The notes: a model not told the origin generated them from the sequence alone. Shown: positions 12,405 through 24,489, numbered from the whole stretch's first letter. The stretch: DNA of 59,427 nucleotides, filler included, from Squatina squatina (GCA_031763465.1; 4 parts of 3 records of this genome joined end to end with filler, not necessarily neighbours in it); one strand, 5' to 3'. Numbers and translations: made by a program.

Positions 12405-13814
12405 NNNNNNNNNNNNNNNNNNNNNNNNNNNNNNNNNNNNNNNNNNNNNNNNNNNNNNNNNNNNNNNNNNNNNNNNNNNNNNNNNNNNNNNNNNNNNNNN
12501 NNNNCTTCTAATTACTACTAACAAAATACAGGCACAGTATTTACAGTTTTCAAAATTCAACTGGTTTGGTTTTATTTGAAACAAAAAAATAACTATGTGA
12601 TAGACAGCTGTTAAGCCATTCAAATCTACTTTTTTTTTTGCCCCCAACAGTGAACATAACACAAGTGATAATCAGGTGTGATAACTAAAGGCTGCTTGCT
12701 TCAAAATCCAACATTAAAAATATGAATTCAATTACAAGGAGAAAAGTCAGTGTTTCTCTTAGCTTAATTCACATCATGAAGTTTATACAACAGAAAACAA
12801 AAACTACAAAAGGTGTTTGTCACACACTCACTCTGTTGCAAACAGTTTTTTTTTTAAACTCAATATAAATCTTACCTGAATATGGCTTTTAACAATTTTC
12901 CTCCAGCATTTCTTGAAATAATTTTGAAAAACTTTTGAGCAGAAACTGCTCGAGGCTAAATAAAAATATTCCATCATTACTGAGCAAAACTGATGTGTCT
13001 CAGAAAATTAGGTACACCATACACGGTTAAAATTCGCAATTTAAATTTAGCTCAGGACTCGACTCTGGGCAAAAATATTAAGTCCAAGTCCAGACTTTTG
13101 GGAGAGGCCAAAGCCCTCAAGTAAAAGCTTTAAAAAAAGGGATTAAAAACATAGAAATGACAATTCAATGGATAAATTCAATTGCTGTGAATTTAAAAAA
13201 ATGTTTAAACTCTTATTTTGAACAAAACCTACTGAGAAAAGAAATGGTGGAGGAAAAAAATCTGAAAGCATTTTCAGCAATATGTGAGAACCCAGTGGCC
13301 AGATTGCAAAGAATATCAAGTTTATATAGACAAAGCCCATTTTAAATGTGGACAAAGGAAGTTATACTAAAAATGACACAGAATGTGTGACAAAATCATG
13401 ACAACAGGACGTCAAGTTGTGTAGATAGGAAATGGGTGTAACAGAAAATTAGATAGATAGATTTCCAAGGTTATGAAACCAATTCAATAATTTACAAGCT
13501 GAAACATGTCAAGAAGTGAGATAATGAAGGGTTCCGATTCAAAAAGGTAAGGCATATAAATGTAACAGAGATCCAATGGAGATATTGAGTGCTAAAATCC
13601 ATTGGCAGCTGCCAGGATCCAGAAGTATTAAGCACTACATACATCTGCAATTTATATTTGTCTTGTGTATTTCTGTACAGTATAGGTTACTCATCACCAG
13701 ATTGCAGGAAGTGGCCTTTACATAAAGAACTGTGCTCCATTATCTCAACTGCTTTTTATCTGAAAATTCTTAATTTCCAGAATTTACAATAAACCAAACA
13801 TATACTTTTTTTTT

Positions 13815-13914
13815 NNNNNNNNNNNNNNNNNNNNNNNNNNNNNNNNNNNNNNNNNNNNTTAATTAATTAANNNNNNNNNNNNNNNNNNNNNNNNNNNNNN
13901 NNNNNNNNNNNNNN
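13815..13914. other. Artificial scaffold-junction linker N44-TTAATTAATTAA-N44
   Basis: 12-mer with stops in all six frames at 13859-13870, centred in exactly 100 positions; the same structure occurs three times in the window. Confidence 0.95.
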
Positions 13915-14057
13915 AGGATGAACAGGGAGCAGAGGGGGAGCAACAGGGGGCAGAGGAGAGGAGGAAGAAGGAGCAGAGCAGGAGGAAGAGGGGGCTGTGA
14001 AGGAGGAGGAATAGGGACAGAGGAGGAGGAACAGGGGGCAGAGGAGGTGGTAGAGGG

Positions 14058-14882
14058 GCAGAGGAGGACCACGGGGCAGAGGAGGAGGAAGAGAGAGCAG
14101 GCAAGGAGAAACAGGGGGAAGAGGAGAAGGGTGAGGGCGCAGAGGAAGGCGAGGCTGAGGAAGAAGCTGAAGGGGCAGCAGAAAGTGAAGAAGTGGAGGA
14201 AAAGATTGAAAGTGTGAAGGCGGAGAAAGCCGAGGCTGTCCCAGAGGAAGCAAAGGATCAGACCAAGGAAGAAAGTAAGGAGGAGGAGGAAGCAGCCAAG
14301 GAGGAAGAGGCTGGTGAGGAGCCTGAAAAGGAAGCCATGGAAGATGGAGCTGCTGGAGACCAGGAGGATGCAAAGAAGGGTGAGGAAGTGGCAGAGGAGA
14401 AGGTCGTTTGTGAGAAAAAAGTTGAGGAAGTCGAAGAGGGAAAAGAAGCGCCAAGTGAAGACAAGTCACTGAAAGATGAAGACAAGGCAGAAGCTGAGGA
14501 CAAGAAAGATGATGCAAAGTCAAAAGATGAAGGCACAACCATCAATGGGGAGGCTGAGGGCAAGGCTGAGGAGGGAGGGGAAGACACGGATGAAAAGGAG
14601 GAAGACTCGCAGATCATTTCCAATGGTGTAGACAAAAGCCCTTCAAAGGAGGATGCCTTTGACTTGGGGGTTCTCCACACAACGACAGCAACAAAAACAG
14701 TTCACAAAGTTCTGGATGAAGGTGACGGGACCACGAAACACATCAAGGAGATAACCAAGTCTGTCACGGTAACTCAGACGGTGGAGGAGGTAGAAGAGAC
14801 AGTCCAGGAGACAATAGTGTCCACCAAGACGGTCGAGAAGACCTCACATGCGGTGCTAAAGAAAGAGGAGGCCAACGAGTGA
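14058..14882 (+). CDS. NEFM: Neurofilament medium chain, Glu-rich tail (last exon, partial)
   Basis: E/K/A/G-rich tail ending SNGVDKSPSKE...EGDGTTKHIKEITKSVTVTQTVEEVEETVQETIVSTKTVEKTSHAVLKKEEANE*, matching the conserved NF-M C-terminal domain (ITKSVTVTQ...VSTKKVEK-TSHA). Confidence 0.92.
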   Translation, partial: AEEDHGAEEEEERAGKEKQGEEEKGEGAEEGEAEEEAEGAAESEEVEEKIESVKAEKAEAVPEEAKDQTKEESKEEEEAAKEEEAGEEPEKEAMEDGAAGDQEDAKKGEEVAEEKVVCEKKVEEVEEGKEAPSEDKSLKDEDKAEAEDKKDDAKSKDEGTTINGEAEGKAEEGGEDTDEKEEDSQIISNGVDKSPSKEDAFDLGVLHTTTATKTVHKVLDEGDGTTKHIKEITKSVTVTQTVEEVEETVQETIVSTKTVEKTSHAVLKKEEANE

Positions 14883-15419
14883 ACCAAAGCTCATGAAGCG
14901 AAGGGGATGGCACTTGACAGCTAAAGATGCATGGGTGTGACAGCTTTTATGGCCTTTGATGGGTTCTCCCTCGAGGAGCTCCAGACTTCCCGTCCTTTCC
15001 TTTTGTGCAATAGAAGAAACTGCATGCAAGTTAACAATGTGCCCTCCACAGTGCCGAAAAACAAGGAACCACCGAACGAACCTAAACAACACAACCGAAA
15101 ACCAAACTGCATGGAAGAAATATGCACCGAATCGTGACAAGCAACACACATGTCCAAGAGAAGTTCTCTCGATCTGCTGGAGGGGCACTTTTGAGAAAGT
15201 CGAAAGATGTATTATGCAAAGAGTAAACTGAGCCAAAAAGTTTTTAAAAAACTAAAAAAAATAATCCTTAGCCTTAAACAGCTCATATTGATTAATATAT
15301 GTTTACCTCACGAGTGCTATTACAATGGACTTCCATTGGTGGGAGGGAGGATCGAGTGATCTTTCACCAATATGCCACAGTTTATCACCCCATGTGAAAC
15401 TTCACTGCAGTATTTGCTG

Positions 15420-15425
15420 AATAAA
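15420..15425 (+). promoter_or_regulatory. Probable NEFM polyadenylation signal
   Basis: AATAAA about 540 nt after the NEFM stop, followed by a GT/T-rich downstream element (cttgtttattg). Confidence 0.6.
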
Positions 15426-15930
15426 AGTCATATTCCAAAACTCAATGCCTTGTTTATTGATTTGAAAAAAAATAGGTGGAAGAGGGAGGAAGGGTCTCAT
15501 TAACAGAGCTTGTGACTACTTTTCCCTTCAGTTGGATTTCAAAAGCACACAAGTAGAGAAGCGAGAGATGGTTTCAATGGTGGGTGCAATCTCTGAACAG
15601 ATTTGTTCCCTGGAACAAGTCTTTGTTCTCCCAATGGTGCCAAATAATGAAGGGAATCTTAGTGACAGGGTCGGTACAGGAAGATGCTATTGCTGAGTTT
15701 GAAGACTGATGAGGCAAGTTTCAATATTGGGTTCATGTCGTTGGGGAAAAAGTTGTAAAGTGTTTCATAACAGTTGCCCATAAGGTGCAAATGTTTGAAA
15801 TCATCTCAATGGAAGTCAGAATTTCTATCTNNNNNNNNNNNNNNNNNNNNNNNNNNNNNNNNNNNNNNNNNNNNNNNNNNNNNNNNNNNNNNNNNNNNNN
15901 NNNNNNNNNNNNNNNNNNNNNNNNNNNNNN

Positions 15931-16070
15931 ACAGCACTGTGGGAGCACCTTCACCACATGGACTGCAGCGGTTCAAGAAGGAGGCTCATCACCACCTTCT
16001 CAAGGGCCACTAGGGATGGGCAATAAATGTCGGCCTTGCCAGCGACGCCCACGTCCCATGAATTAATGAA
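15931..16070 (+). mobile_element. LINE 3' end (CR1/L2 superfamily)
   Basis: ORF end [15 protein letters not shown] followed by gggcaataaatg...gacgcccacgtcccatgaattaatgaa. Confidence 0.6.
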
Positions 16071-16159
16071 TGTCAAATAAAAAATACTGTTTGGAACCCG
16101 GCGTCCTGCGCATGGGCCAGCTTTCAAAATACGTCCCAAATTACAAAGAGGATCCTTAC

Positions 16160-16301
16160 CGTACAGCTGCTGAATGGCTTTTCTGTCTGTCCGATCCAGC
16201 TCCATGCTTCTGCCCACCGCACTGTAGTTGGGCTGCATTATTGACCCCCTGCTGTATATATGAGGCAAGCCCAAGACATGCCCTATCTCATGGACGGCCA
16301 C
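16160..16301 (-). CDS. MMP21-like matrix metalloproteinase, zinc-binding catalytic exon (142 nt)
   Basis: Acceptor cactttttttag|GTG, donor TAC G|gtaagg. [48 protein letters not shown] has HExxHxxGxxH, the Met-turn SIMQP and the MMP21-type DRKAIQxLYG. Orthologue versus paralogue is unresolved. Confidence 0.9.
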
Positions 16302-16379
16302 CTAAAAAAAGTGAGGGAAATGCACAGACCATGGTTATTCCATGTTATGTGGGGAACTTGGGCTCTGAATCACAGCATC

Positions 16380-16673
16380 CTACATCACAGGAGGTGACCA
16401 TTCGGCCCATCGTCTCTGTGAAAGAGCGATCCAATTAATCCCACTCTCCCTGCTCTTTCCCCATAGCCTGCACGCTTTTCCCTTCAAGTATTGATCCAAT
16501 TCGCATTTGAAAGTTGCTATTGAATCTGCAGCCAGCAATTTTTGAGGCAGATCACTCCAGATCATCATAACACGCTGTGGAAAAAAACGGTTCCGTATGT
16601 CACCTCTGGTTCTTTTCCCAATTACCTTAAATCCGTGTCCTCTGGTTATTGGCCCTGCTGCTACTGGAAACAG
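16380..16673 (-). mobile_element. CR1 LINE 3' end inside the MMP intron
   Basis: Antisense ORF end ADSIATFKCELDQYLK plus the CR1 tail. Confidence 0.8.
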
Positions 16674-16675
16674 TA

Positions 16676-17143
16676 TGGGCGGCCAATTAGCACTCCGGCG
16701 TTAGTGCTAAATGGGCATTAGGGGTCAACGCCCGTTTTTGCCACTAAATTGAAATTTGCGATATTGGCTTAAGTTTAGCACTGGCGCTAAATGGGCACTA
16801 ATCAGGAGCGCTAGAAAAGTGGCGCTAGGCGCAAAACGGCCTCCGCGATGTCATCAGAGGGCGCACCACTCAAAATGGCCGCCCGACAAAGAATTGGCCT
16901 CAATTCTCTGGGCACTAAACGGACGGTGACAGCGCCTGGTCTTTTGGGGCGGTGACACCCGTGCTTACATTTCTATTAGGGCGCAAAATCATTGTGCATC
17001 ATTCCCTACCTTTTTTGATGCATAAATCCCCGTCGAGAGACCATAAAAAGCGTTTACTTCGTTATGCGTGACTTGAAGCAGCCATTTTTTGGAATTTTGG
17101 TGATTTTGGGTGACCTCTTGGAAAATGCAAAAATCGGGCTATT
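16676..17143. mobile_element. Terminus of a GC-rich Harbinger-like non-autonomous element
   Basis: Begins gggcggccaattagc and repeats gcgctaaatgggc motifs; the reverse-complement terminus ccaattagccgccc is at ~32872-32886. Confidence 0.5.
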
Positions 17144-17339
17144 NNNNNNNNNNNNNNNNNNNNNNNNNNNNNNNNNNNNNNNNNNNNNNNNNNNNNNNNN
17201 NNNNNNNNNNNNNNNNNNNNNNNNNNNNNNNNNNNNNNNNNNNCAATTTTTGTTTGTATTCTAGATTCCAGCATCCGCAGTATTTCGCTTTTGTATTGTT
17301 GCACAGTATTCATTATTGTTACAGGGAACATGCGCAGAA

Positions 17340-17774
17340 ATGATCGCTTGATACTGGGATGAGAAGTTTGTCTTCTGAGGAGAGATTGAGTAGATTGGGC
17401 CTCCGCTCTCTTGAGTTTAGAAGAATGAGAGGTGATCTCATTGAAACATACATGATTCTGAGGGGGAATTGACGGGGCAGATGCTGAGAAGTAGTTTGCC
17501 CTGGCTGGAGAGTCTAGAACCAGGGGTCATAGTCTCAGGATAAGGGATTGGCCATTTAAGACTGAGGTGAGGAGGAACTTCTTCACTCAGGGTGAGTCAC
17601 TGAGTATATTCAAGGCTTAGAAAGACCTTTTAGACTCTGGGAGAATCAAGGGATAAGATGATCTGGCGGGAAAGAGGAGTTGAGGTCGAAGGTCAGCCGT
17701 GATATTATTGAATGGAGGAGCAGGCTTGAGAGGCCGAATGGCCCACTCCTGTTCCTAATTCTTATGTCCTTATA
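17340..17774 (+). mobile_element. CR1 LINE 3' end
   Basis: LSRLGLRSLEFRRMRGDLIETY-type ORF2 end and the ggccgaatggcccactcctgttcctaattcttatg tail. Confidence 0.85.
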
Positions 17775-18105
17775 CAGTTCACGCGTATGGTAACAATTGT
17801 ATTCAGTAGTCAATATACACAGAAATTATTGCAGATAAAGTCAACACACAAAGAATTAGTAACAATCGTTACTGGTGAATCAGCATGAGCAGCAATAATT
17901 CTCTTCATGCAGGAATTCAAACTGAATAATAGCTATTTATCTATATATTAACTTTAATTCTGTTTGTTCTGTCCTGTCCATCTTCCCAATGTATCAGGTA
18001 GGAGCTTTCTAATTGGTTGAGCTTAGATTGAATCCTTCTGATAGGCTGAGATCTGTTCTTTATGATTGGTTCAGTGTTTTTGTTGTTTGTTGTTGCGCTG
18101 CTCAC

Positions 18106-18276
18106 CTTGCCAGTGGTGCCTGTAGTCGCAGGCACGGGTCAGGGCGATCATGGCTGCGATGTACAAGGGCATTAACATCACACACAGTCTCCAGCCTTTT
18201 CCACGGCCCCTTGACGTGAAGCAGTGGAGCTTCCCTCCCAGGTAGAAAGCTGTGAACCCCAGGCCGGCAAAAGCAA
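18106..18276 (-). CDS. PLPP5: Phospholipid phosphatase PLPP4/5 family exon (171 nt), PLPP5 by neighbourhood
   Basis: Acceptor ctactcgcag|TT, donor CAA G|gtgagc. [31 protein letters not shown]...[14 protein letters not shown] carries the PAP2 C3 motif. PLPP4 cannot be excluded on sequence alone. Confidence 0.8.
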
Positions 18277-20604
18277 CTGCGAGTAGAGTTGAAAGAACAA
18301 GATTCAAAAGACGATTCTGCCTGCCCAACCCGCCTTCCCTCCCAGGCACAAGGTGCTATGTCCATTCGGGAATAAAGGTGAAGGGTCAAAGCCAACAGCC
18401 CAGAACACCTAAGATTGGGAAAAGGAAAGTCAGGGAGGTCAATACCAAGGAGTTACACTTGTGGGCTTGGAAAAGAATGAATATACCAGTGTGCCCAAGA
18501 AATGCTGTAAGCTTTACAGCTCTGACTGCTCACGTGGCAAGTCACTGCCCTCATGCACAGTTGTGCTGTGTTACTGGGCACGACAATCCTCTCCAAAGAG
18601 CTATTTAGACAAGCCACGGCAAGACGCTTGGGAGCAAGTCACCAAGTCCTATCGCCCTGCCTGGGGAATGGCATGCAGTCACTGCTGCCACCAGCATTTT
18701 AGCAAAACACAGGTCGTATGCCTTATGAAATGTTCAGATGATGATGACTTGAACTGAGACAGCAACCCATTAGGTTAAGTCTTGTTTGTCAAAGCATGGC
18801 TTGCACCCAGCTGCAGACTTGTCCACAAGTGTTGGGAGTCTGCCACTTTGAAGGCAACAACTTGAGTTGATGCATTTAGAGCATCTCAGTGACATTTGGT
18901 CACATGAAACACTTGATATTTTTCTTTGCTTAAAAGGATATCACTATTAAAATGCTTGAAAGAACTGTGACATACAGAATGNNNNNNNNNNNNNNNNNNN
19001 NNNNNNNNNNNNNNNNNNNNNNNNNNNNNNNNNNNNNNNNNNNNNNNNNNNNNNNNNNNNNNNNNNNNNNNNNNNNNNNNNCCACAGACAGCCCTCTGCC
19101 TCCTCCCTCAACTGTCCATTTTTCATATGTCAGCTCACCCGTGAGGGGCTGCGTGCTATTCGATCATGACCACTTCCCAGTTGACTTTCAAGCACAGCCA
19201 TCAGCAGAGCGACTTATCTCCTCCTCCTCCTCCCCCCCAGCCCCTCTATCCCAATTGGCCAAGATCAGGTAATGGGCAGGAATCAAACCTGGCACTTTCT
19301 GTGCTGCAACCAGGCAATGTAGCTCACCAAATTTACCCATCCTTTTCATGATTCTATGCATTAAGCCCACGTCGATCTCCCATTCTATTTGGTTACTATT
19401 CCTACATTCAAATATGCTGCTCCCATTCCAGGGTTTGGTCTCAACTGAAACTCATTGCCTCCTTTCATCATGCATTCTCCACCTCACTCAAGCCGCCCTT
19501 CTCCCCTGTAGCCCACACTTGACTCGACTGAACTTAACTCCCCCATCAAGTTTCCCCACACCATCTCCAATGACCTGGATATCTACCAGGTTATCATTTT
19601 CCCCCCCATATATACCCACAAAACTGCCTGTTCTCATGAGCAAAACCCATACCACCCAAGAACCTGGACCTGACCAAAACATTGTTATCGACAGTAATGC
19701 TATTACTTCTGTTGTAGATGTGACTTGGGCCCCTCTTCCCCCAAACACCTTTACAAGTGTCCCCTGTTGAAACCAGTGGTAAATCTGGACTATTTGGGTA
19801 AAGTATAGATCAGATCCAACACTGATGGCAGTAAATTGCTAACAGTAATATGCAGACATGCCCAAAAGTCCTCAGAACGTGACCACTCTACAGGCTAAAA
19901 ATACCAATTCAATTTATTTACAGATAAAATACACAAAGAGTAAGACACAATGTTACTATTCCACTCTTGGCTCTGAGCATACCCACTTACAATTGCCACC
20001 AACAGGTCATGAGTGCCGTACGTGATCAATGTCAATCAAGTTCTCTGTCCCTTTGCACCATCATTCTCAACTCCAATTGGTTGATATTTGCCCCAACCTC
20101 TTACTTTATCAAGGATGACCTGTGGTACCTGGAATAAGCTGACAGAAAAACATGAATAAACCAACAGAGATAAGCCCCAAGTGCATCTGGGAATGGTAAG
20201 TGGACAGATCCAATTCCAACAATGACTGATATCAGAACTGATAATAATGACCAGAAACAAAGTTACTTTGCTCAGTTGGATATAAAATGGTACGGCATGA
20301 CTTCTCACAAATATCAAGTTCAATTTCAAAACAGCGGTTGCCTTTTATAACGAGCAGTAATTTATGTTGAATTTGGGCAAATGTCTGTGACATTAGAGGT
20401 GGAAAATACTAGAAAGAGGCAAAAGAGAAAACTTCAATACGCAACTCGTCAAATAAATGTCTTAAAACCCCTAAACGGATTTACAAAACCCGAAGAAAAA
20501 TAGCTAATGAGAATTAGCAGACCATGAAAGCAGAAATTTGCAAGCTCATGAAAACACAGCACAATTATGTTCACAAATATGAAGTAGAGCGACCAATTCC
20601 AGCT

Positions 20605-20610
20605 TTTATT
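20605..20610 (-). promoter_or_regulatory. Candidate ASH2L polyadenylation signal
   Basis: AATAAA on the minus strand about 780 nt after the ASH2L stop; a second candidate lies near 19915. Confidence 0.35.
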
Positions 20611-21384
20611 ACGGGATAGTGGCATCCAAATACAAGACTGCTTTGAGTGCACCCCATTTTGACTGATGGACCTCTGTCTGGCCTTCTTCCCATGGCCGTG
20701 AACCCACCCCGCCACAACATTCCTGCACAAGTATCGAATCACATTCACAAACCACACAGTGAGACGAGGCTTTTGCAGCATTTTTGTAATCTAATTCCTT
20801 CAATTACGTAGCTCCTCTTATTAACTTGTTTTTGTTTGTTTTGATGCAGAATTGGGCCCAAGTTTGCTGTCCTCCTGGTGCCCCTTCATTGAGCAGTTAG
20901 TTAAGTGACGGATGGTTAGGATTCCATGAAGCCGAATGCTTCTATGCTAATTAAATACCACTGTCATCGATCCAAGGCACTTAACAGCACAGGACCCATT
21001 CAATACCGAGAGTACACCACTCCATCCTATGCGTTGTTCAGCTTCAGGAAATGTATCATTGGGAGGCAGCAATCACATGTGACCAGACGATTGTGCTTGG
21101 GTCGTGGTTGGGGTGGGGAGGAGGAGGACGGAGGAGCAAAGAGCTCTTGTAACAGATCTGTACACATGACTTACACATGTATGCTGGCAATGGCACCAGG
21201 TAGAACAGTAATGGTGAACACTGGGGTTGGCTCACCTAAACCCAAGTACACTGACACGACGCCAACGTTGTTTGAGCCCAACATGATGGTTCCTGGTTCA
21301 AGTATCACTTCCATTAGGGTTAAGCTGCCCACAACTTCTTCAGCTACTTCTGAAGTCCCAGGGTTTCTCTGCATTAAAACGGAG

Positions 21385-21525
<141 letters not shown>

Positions 21526-22519
21526 TTAGTGGCGGGAGCTCCTGAAAATTGCAGCAGGAGCCTGCATGTGTCATCAGGTTTTNNNNNNNNNNNNNNNNNN
21601 NNNNNNNNNNNNNNNNNNNNNNNNNNNNNNNNNNNNNNNNNNNNNNNNNNNNNNNNNNNNNNNNNNNNNNNNNNNNNNNNNNNNNNNNNNNNNNNNNNNN
21701 NNNNNNNNNNNNNNNNNNNNNNNNNNNNNNNNNNNNNNNNNNNNNNNNNNNNNNNNNNNNNNNNNNNNNNNNNNNNNNNNNNNNNNNNNNNNNNNNNNNN
21801 NNNNNNNNNNNNNNNNNNNNNNNNNNNNNNNNNNNNNNNNNNNNNNNNNNNNNNNNNNNNNNNNNNNNNNNNNNNNNNNNNNNNNNNNNNNNNNNNNNNN
21901 NNNNNNNNNNNNNNNNNNNNNNNNNNNNNNNNNNNNNNNNNNNNNNNNNNNNNNNNNNNNNNNNNNNNNNNNNNNNNNNNNNNNNNNNNNNNNNNNNNNN
22001 NNNNNNNNNNNNNNNNNNNNNNNNNNNNNNNNNNNNNNNNNNNNNNNNNNNNNNNNNNNNNNNNNNNNNNNNNNNNNNNNNNNNNNNNNNNNNNNNNNNN
22101 NNNNNNNNNNNNNNNNNNNNNNNNNNNNNNNNNNNNNNNNNNNNNNNNNNNNNNNNNNNNNNNNNNNNNNNNNNNNNNNNNNNNNNNNNNNNNNNNNNNN
22201 NNNNNNNNNNNNNNNNNNNNNNNNNNNNNNNNNNNNNNNNNNNNNNNNNNNNNNNNNNNAAACATTAATTTGGGATCCCTTCTAATTGTTAATTCAAATA
22301 GGCTGAAGGAAATGAATTATTTCAAGCCAGCTTGAAAGCTCATTTGTAATGAGCTATGTTTTATTATATCAAGCCATGCGGACAAGGCAAGTTTGCAAGT
22401 TCGATCTCTGGTCTCCACTGAGCAGGTTGGGCTCAACTGGATTAGAATTTGGTGGCATTATAATTGGCCCCACTGCCCCTATTGCCAAGGAGTAGATAAT
22501 CACCTAGGATTTTTGATAG

Positions 22520-22880
22520 ATTGAAGATTGAAGTATTTAGATAGAGTAAATAAGGAAAACCTGTTTCCAATGGCTTAAGGGTCGATAACCACAGGGCACA
22601 GAATTAAGGTGATTGACAAAAGAACTACAGTCGACATGAGGAAAAACTTCTTTGTGCAGCATGTGGTTAGGTTTTGGAGTGAACTGTCTGACAGGGTGGT
22701 GGACACAGATTCAATAGTCGCCTTCAAAAGGGAATTGGATAAAAAATGAAAGAGAAAAAAAATTGCAGGATATGGGGAGAGAGCGGGGGAGTGGGACTGA
22801 CTGGATCGCTCTTCGAAAGAGCTGGCACAGACTCGATGGGCCGAATGGCCTTCTGAGTTGTACTATTCTACGATTCTATA
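22520..22880 (+). mobile_element. CR1 LINE 3' end
   Basis: ORF2-end remnant and the gggccgaatggccttc...ttctacgattcta tail. Confidence 0.8.
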
Positions 22881-23159
22881 AACATGTGAAAAGGACGAGT
22901 ACTTCAATCAAGGACAGTGAGTTATCACGCTCTGTGCTGTTGAGCAGTGAAACCGCAATGAACGGTCTTCATGTGCGCAATTCAAACACTGGTCACCTGG
23001 GTCTTTGGTCATCGATATTCCATGAATATGTGAAAGGGAGTGGTGGGTGGAAATTGGACCATTATAGATGATCAATGCTGCTGATGCATTAGTGAGAGAA
23101 AGCTGCTGCCAGCAACACCTCGTTCTAGCACATGTCCCAACTTCCAATGCTGTACTTAC

Positions 23160-23258
23160 TGTGCAGTTCTTGTACAAAGAAATTGCAGGATGATACACAC
23201 CGGCATACACATTTTCATAGGCAGTTCCTTCATTCTCTCCATTCTTATAAAATATCAT
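23160..23258 (-). CDS. ASH2L: ASH2L SPRY-domain exon (99 nt)
   Basis: Acceptor cctgatcag|ATG, donor ACA|gtaagt. [33 protein letters not shown]. Confidence 0.93.
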
Positions 23259-23319
23259 CTGATCAGGAAAAAAATATACTTAATGATTCAGCCAAGACAT
23301 CAGTTTTAGCAAGTCCAGT

Positions 23320-23790
23320 TTGGAAGAATAGGTGGTGATCTCACTGAAACATAAAATTAAGGAGCTTGACTGGATAGGCGCTGGGAAGATATTTCCCCTG
23401 GCTGGGGGAGTCTAGAACCAGGGGTCACAGTCTCAGAATAAGGGGTCNNNNNNNNNNNNNNNNNNNNNNNNNNNNNNNNNNNNNNNNNNNNNNNNNNNNN
23501 NNNNNNNNNNNNNNNNNNNNNNNNNNNNNNNNNNNNNNNNNNNNNNNATTTCTCATCATCCCAGACATAAACTGCCGACCCCTTATCCTTAAACAATGAT
23601 CCCCAGTTCCAGACTCTCCAACCAGGAGAAACAGCCTCTCAGCATCTATCCTGTCAAGCCCTCTAAGAATTTTATACGTTTCAATAAGATCAGCTCTCAT
23701 TCTTCTAAACTCCAGAGAGTATAGGCTCATTCTACTCATTCTCTCCTCATAGGACAACCCTCTCATCCCAGGAATCAATCTAGTGCATCT
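23320..23790. mobile_element. Two CR1 ORF2-end fragments (+ before the gap, - after it)
   Basis: Minus-strand translation TRLIPGMRGLSYEERMSRMSLYSLEFRRMRADLIETYKILRGLDRIDAERLF. Confidence 0.85.
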
Positions 23791-24064
23791 AGTTTCCTGC
23801 CACATCCATGTCCTTCCAGTGCTGGATACCAGCAGGGATCCATCAGCAATCTCTCAAGTACTGGAGGCAAATTTCACCTTGTCTCAGGCTTAAAGTTTAA
23901 AAGCCAGAGTAGCTGGGTTACGCAGTGACACATCTTTGCTGAGATAAGGTTCGTTGCTCAGTGCACAGACTCCACTCCGATTACAGCCACCACTTCGATT
24001 GCGTCTCCACTTTACCAGCATGCAATTGCACCTCTCGTCTTCTTACATGCAGCAGGATTCTTAC

Positions 24065-24160
24065 CTGGTCTAGCAGTCCAAACTTGGGGTACTCTTCCTG
24101 TGGGTCCTTGCTACCTGGATCTGGGTTCTCCTTCACCAAGAACACATCCCGCTCTTTGGT
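24065..24160 (-). CDS. ASH2L: ASH2L winged-helix-region exon (96 nt)
   Basis: Acceptor aaatttcag|ACC, donor CAG|gtaaga. [32 protein letters not shown]. Confidence 0.94.
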
Positions 24161-24489
24161 CTGAAATTTCAGAGACATCCCAGATCGGTTATGGGCTCCG
24201 CAAATTATCTCAACTGCAACAACCAGGTGGTAAAGAATTAAGACAAAAGCTTTTTGTACTTCATTGTAACACCTGCCTTCAACCTGTGGTAACAGTTGCT
24301 AGCTCTGCCACTGAGCTACTTGTATCTGGTTACTCAGTGTGGTCCCTCTCCCCAGATGCCAAGAACCCATGTGATGAGGCAGTACATTCTTTGAAGGGTT
24401 GTGTCAATCACCGCAAAGGGTACAATTTAAAAAGTTACAATACCAGCACAGAGCAAGCAAGGAACCTGCAATAATGCACACTTTGTGCA

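Noticed and set aside
13859-14680. Long minus-strand ORFs (223 aa, 140 aa and others) rich in Pro, Leu and Ser
   Set aside because: Antisense shadows of the purine-rich NEFM tail.
20036-20128. Minus-strand terminal-exon-like segment VPQVILDKVRGWGKYQPIGVENDGAKGQRT*
   Set aside because: The acceptor is plausible, but the peptide matches no expected neighbour (STAR, LSM1, BAG4, DDHD2) and the segment lies in or just past the ASH2L 3' UTR.
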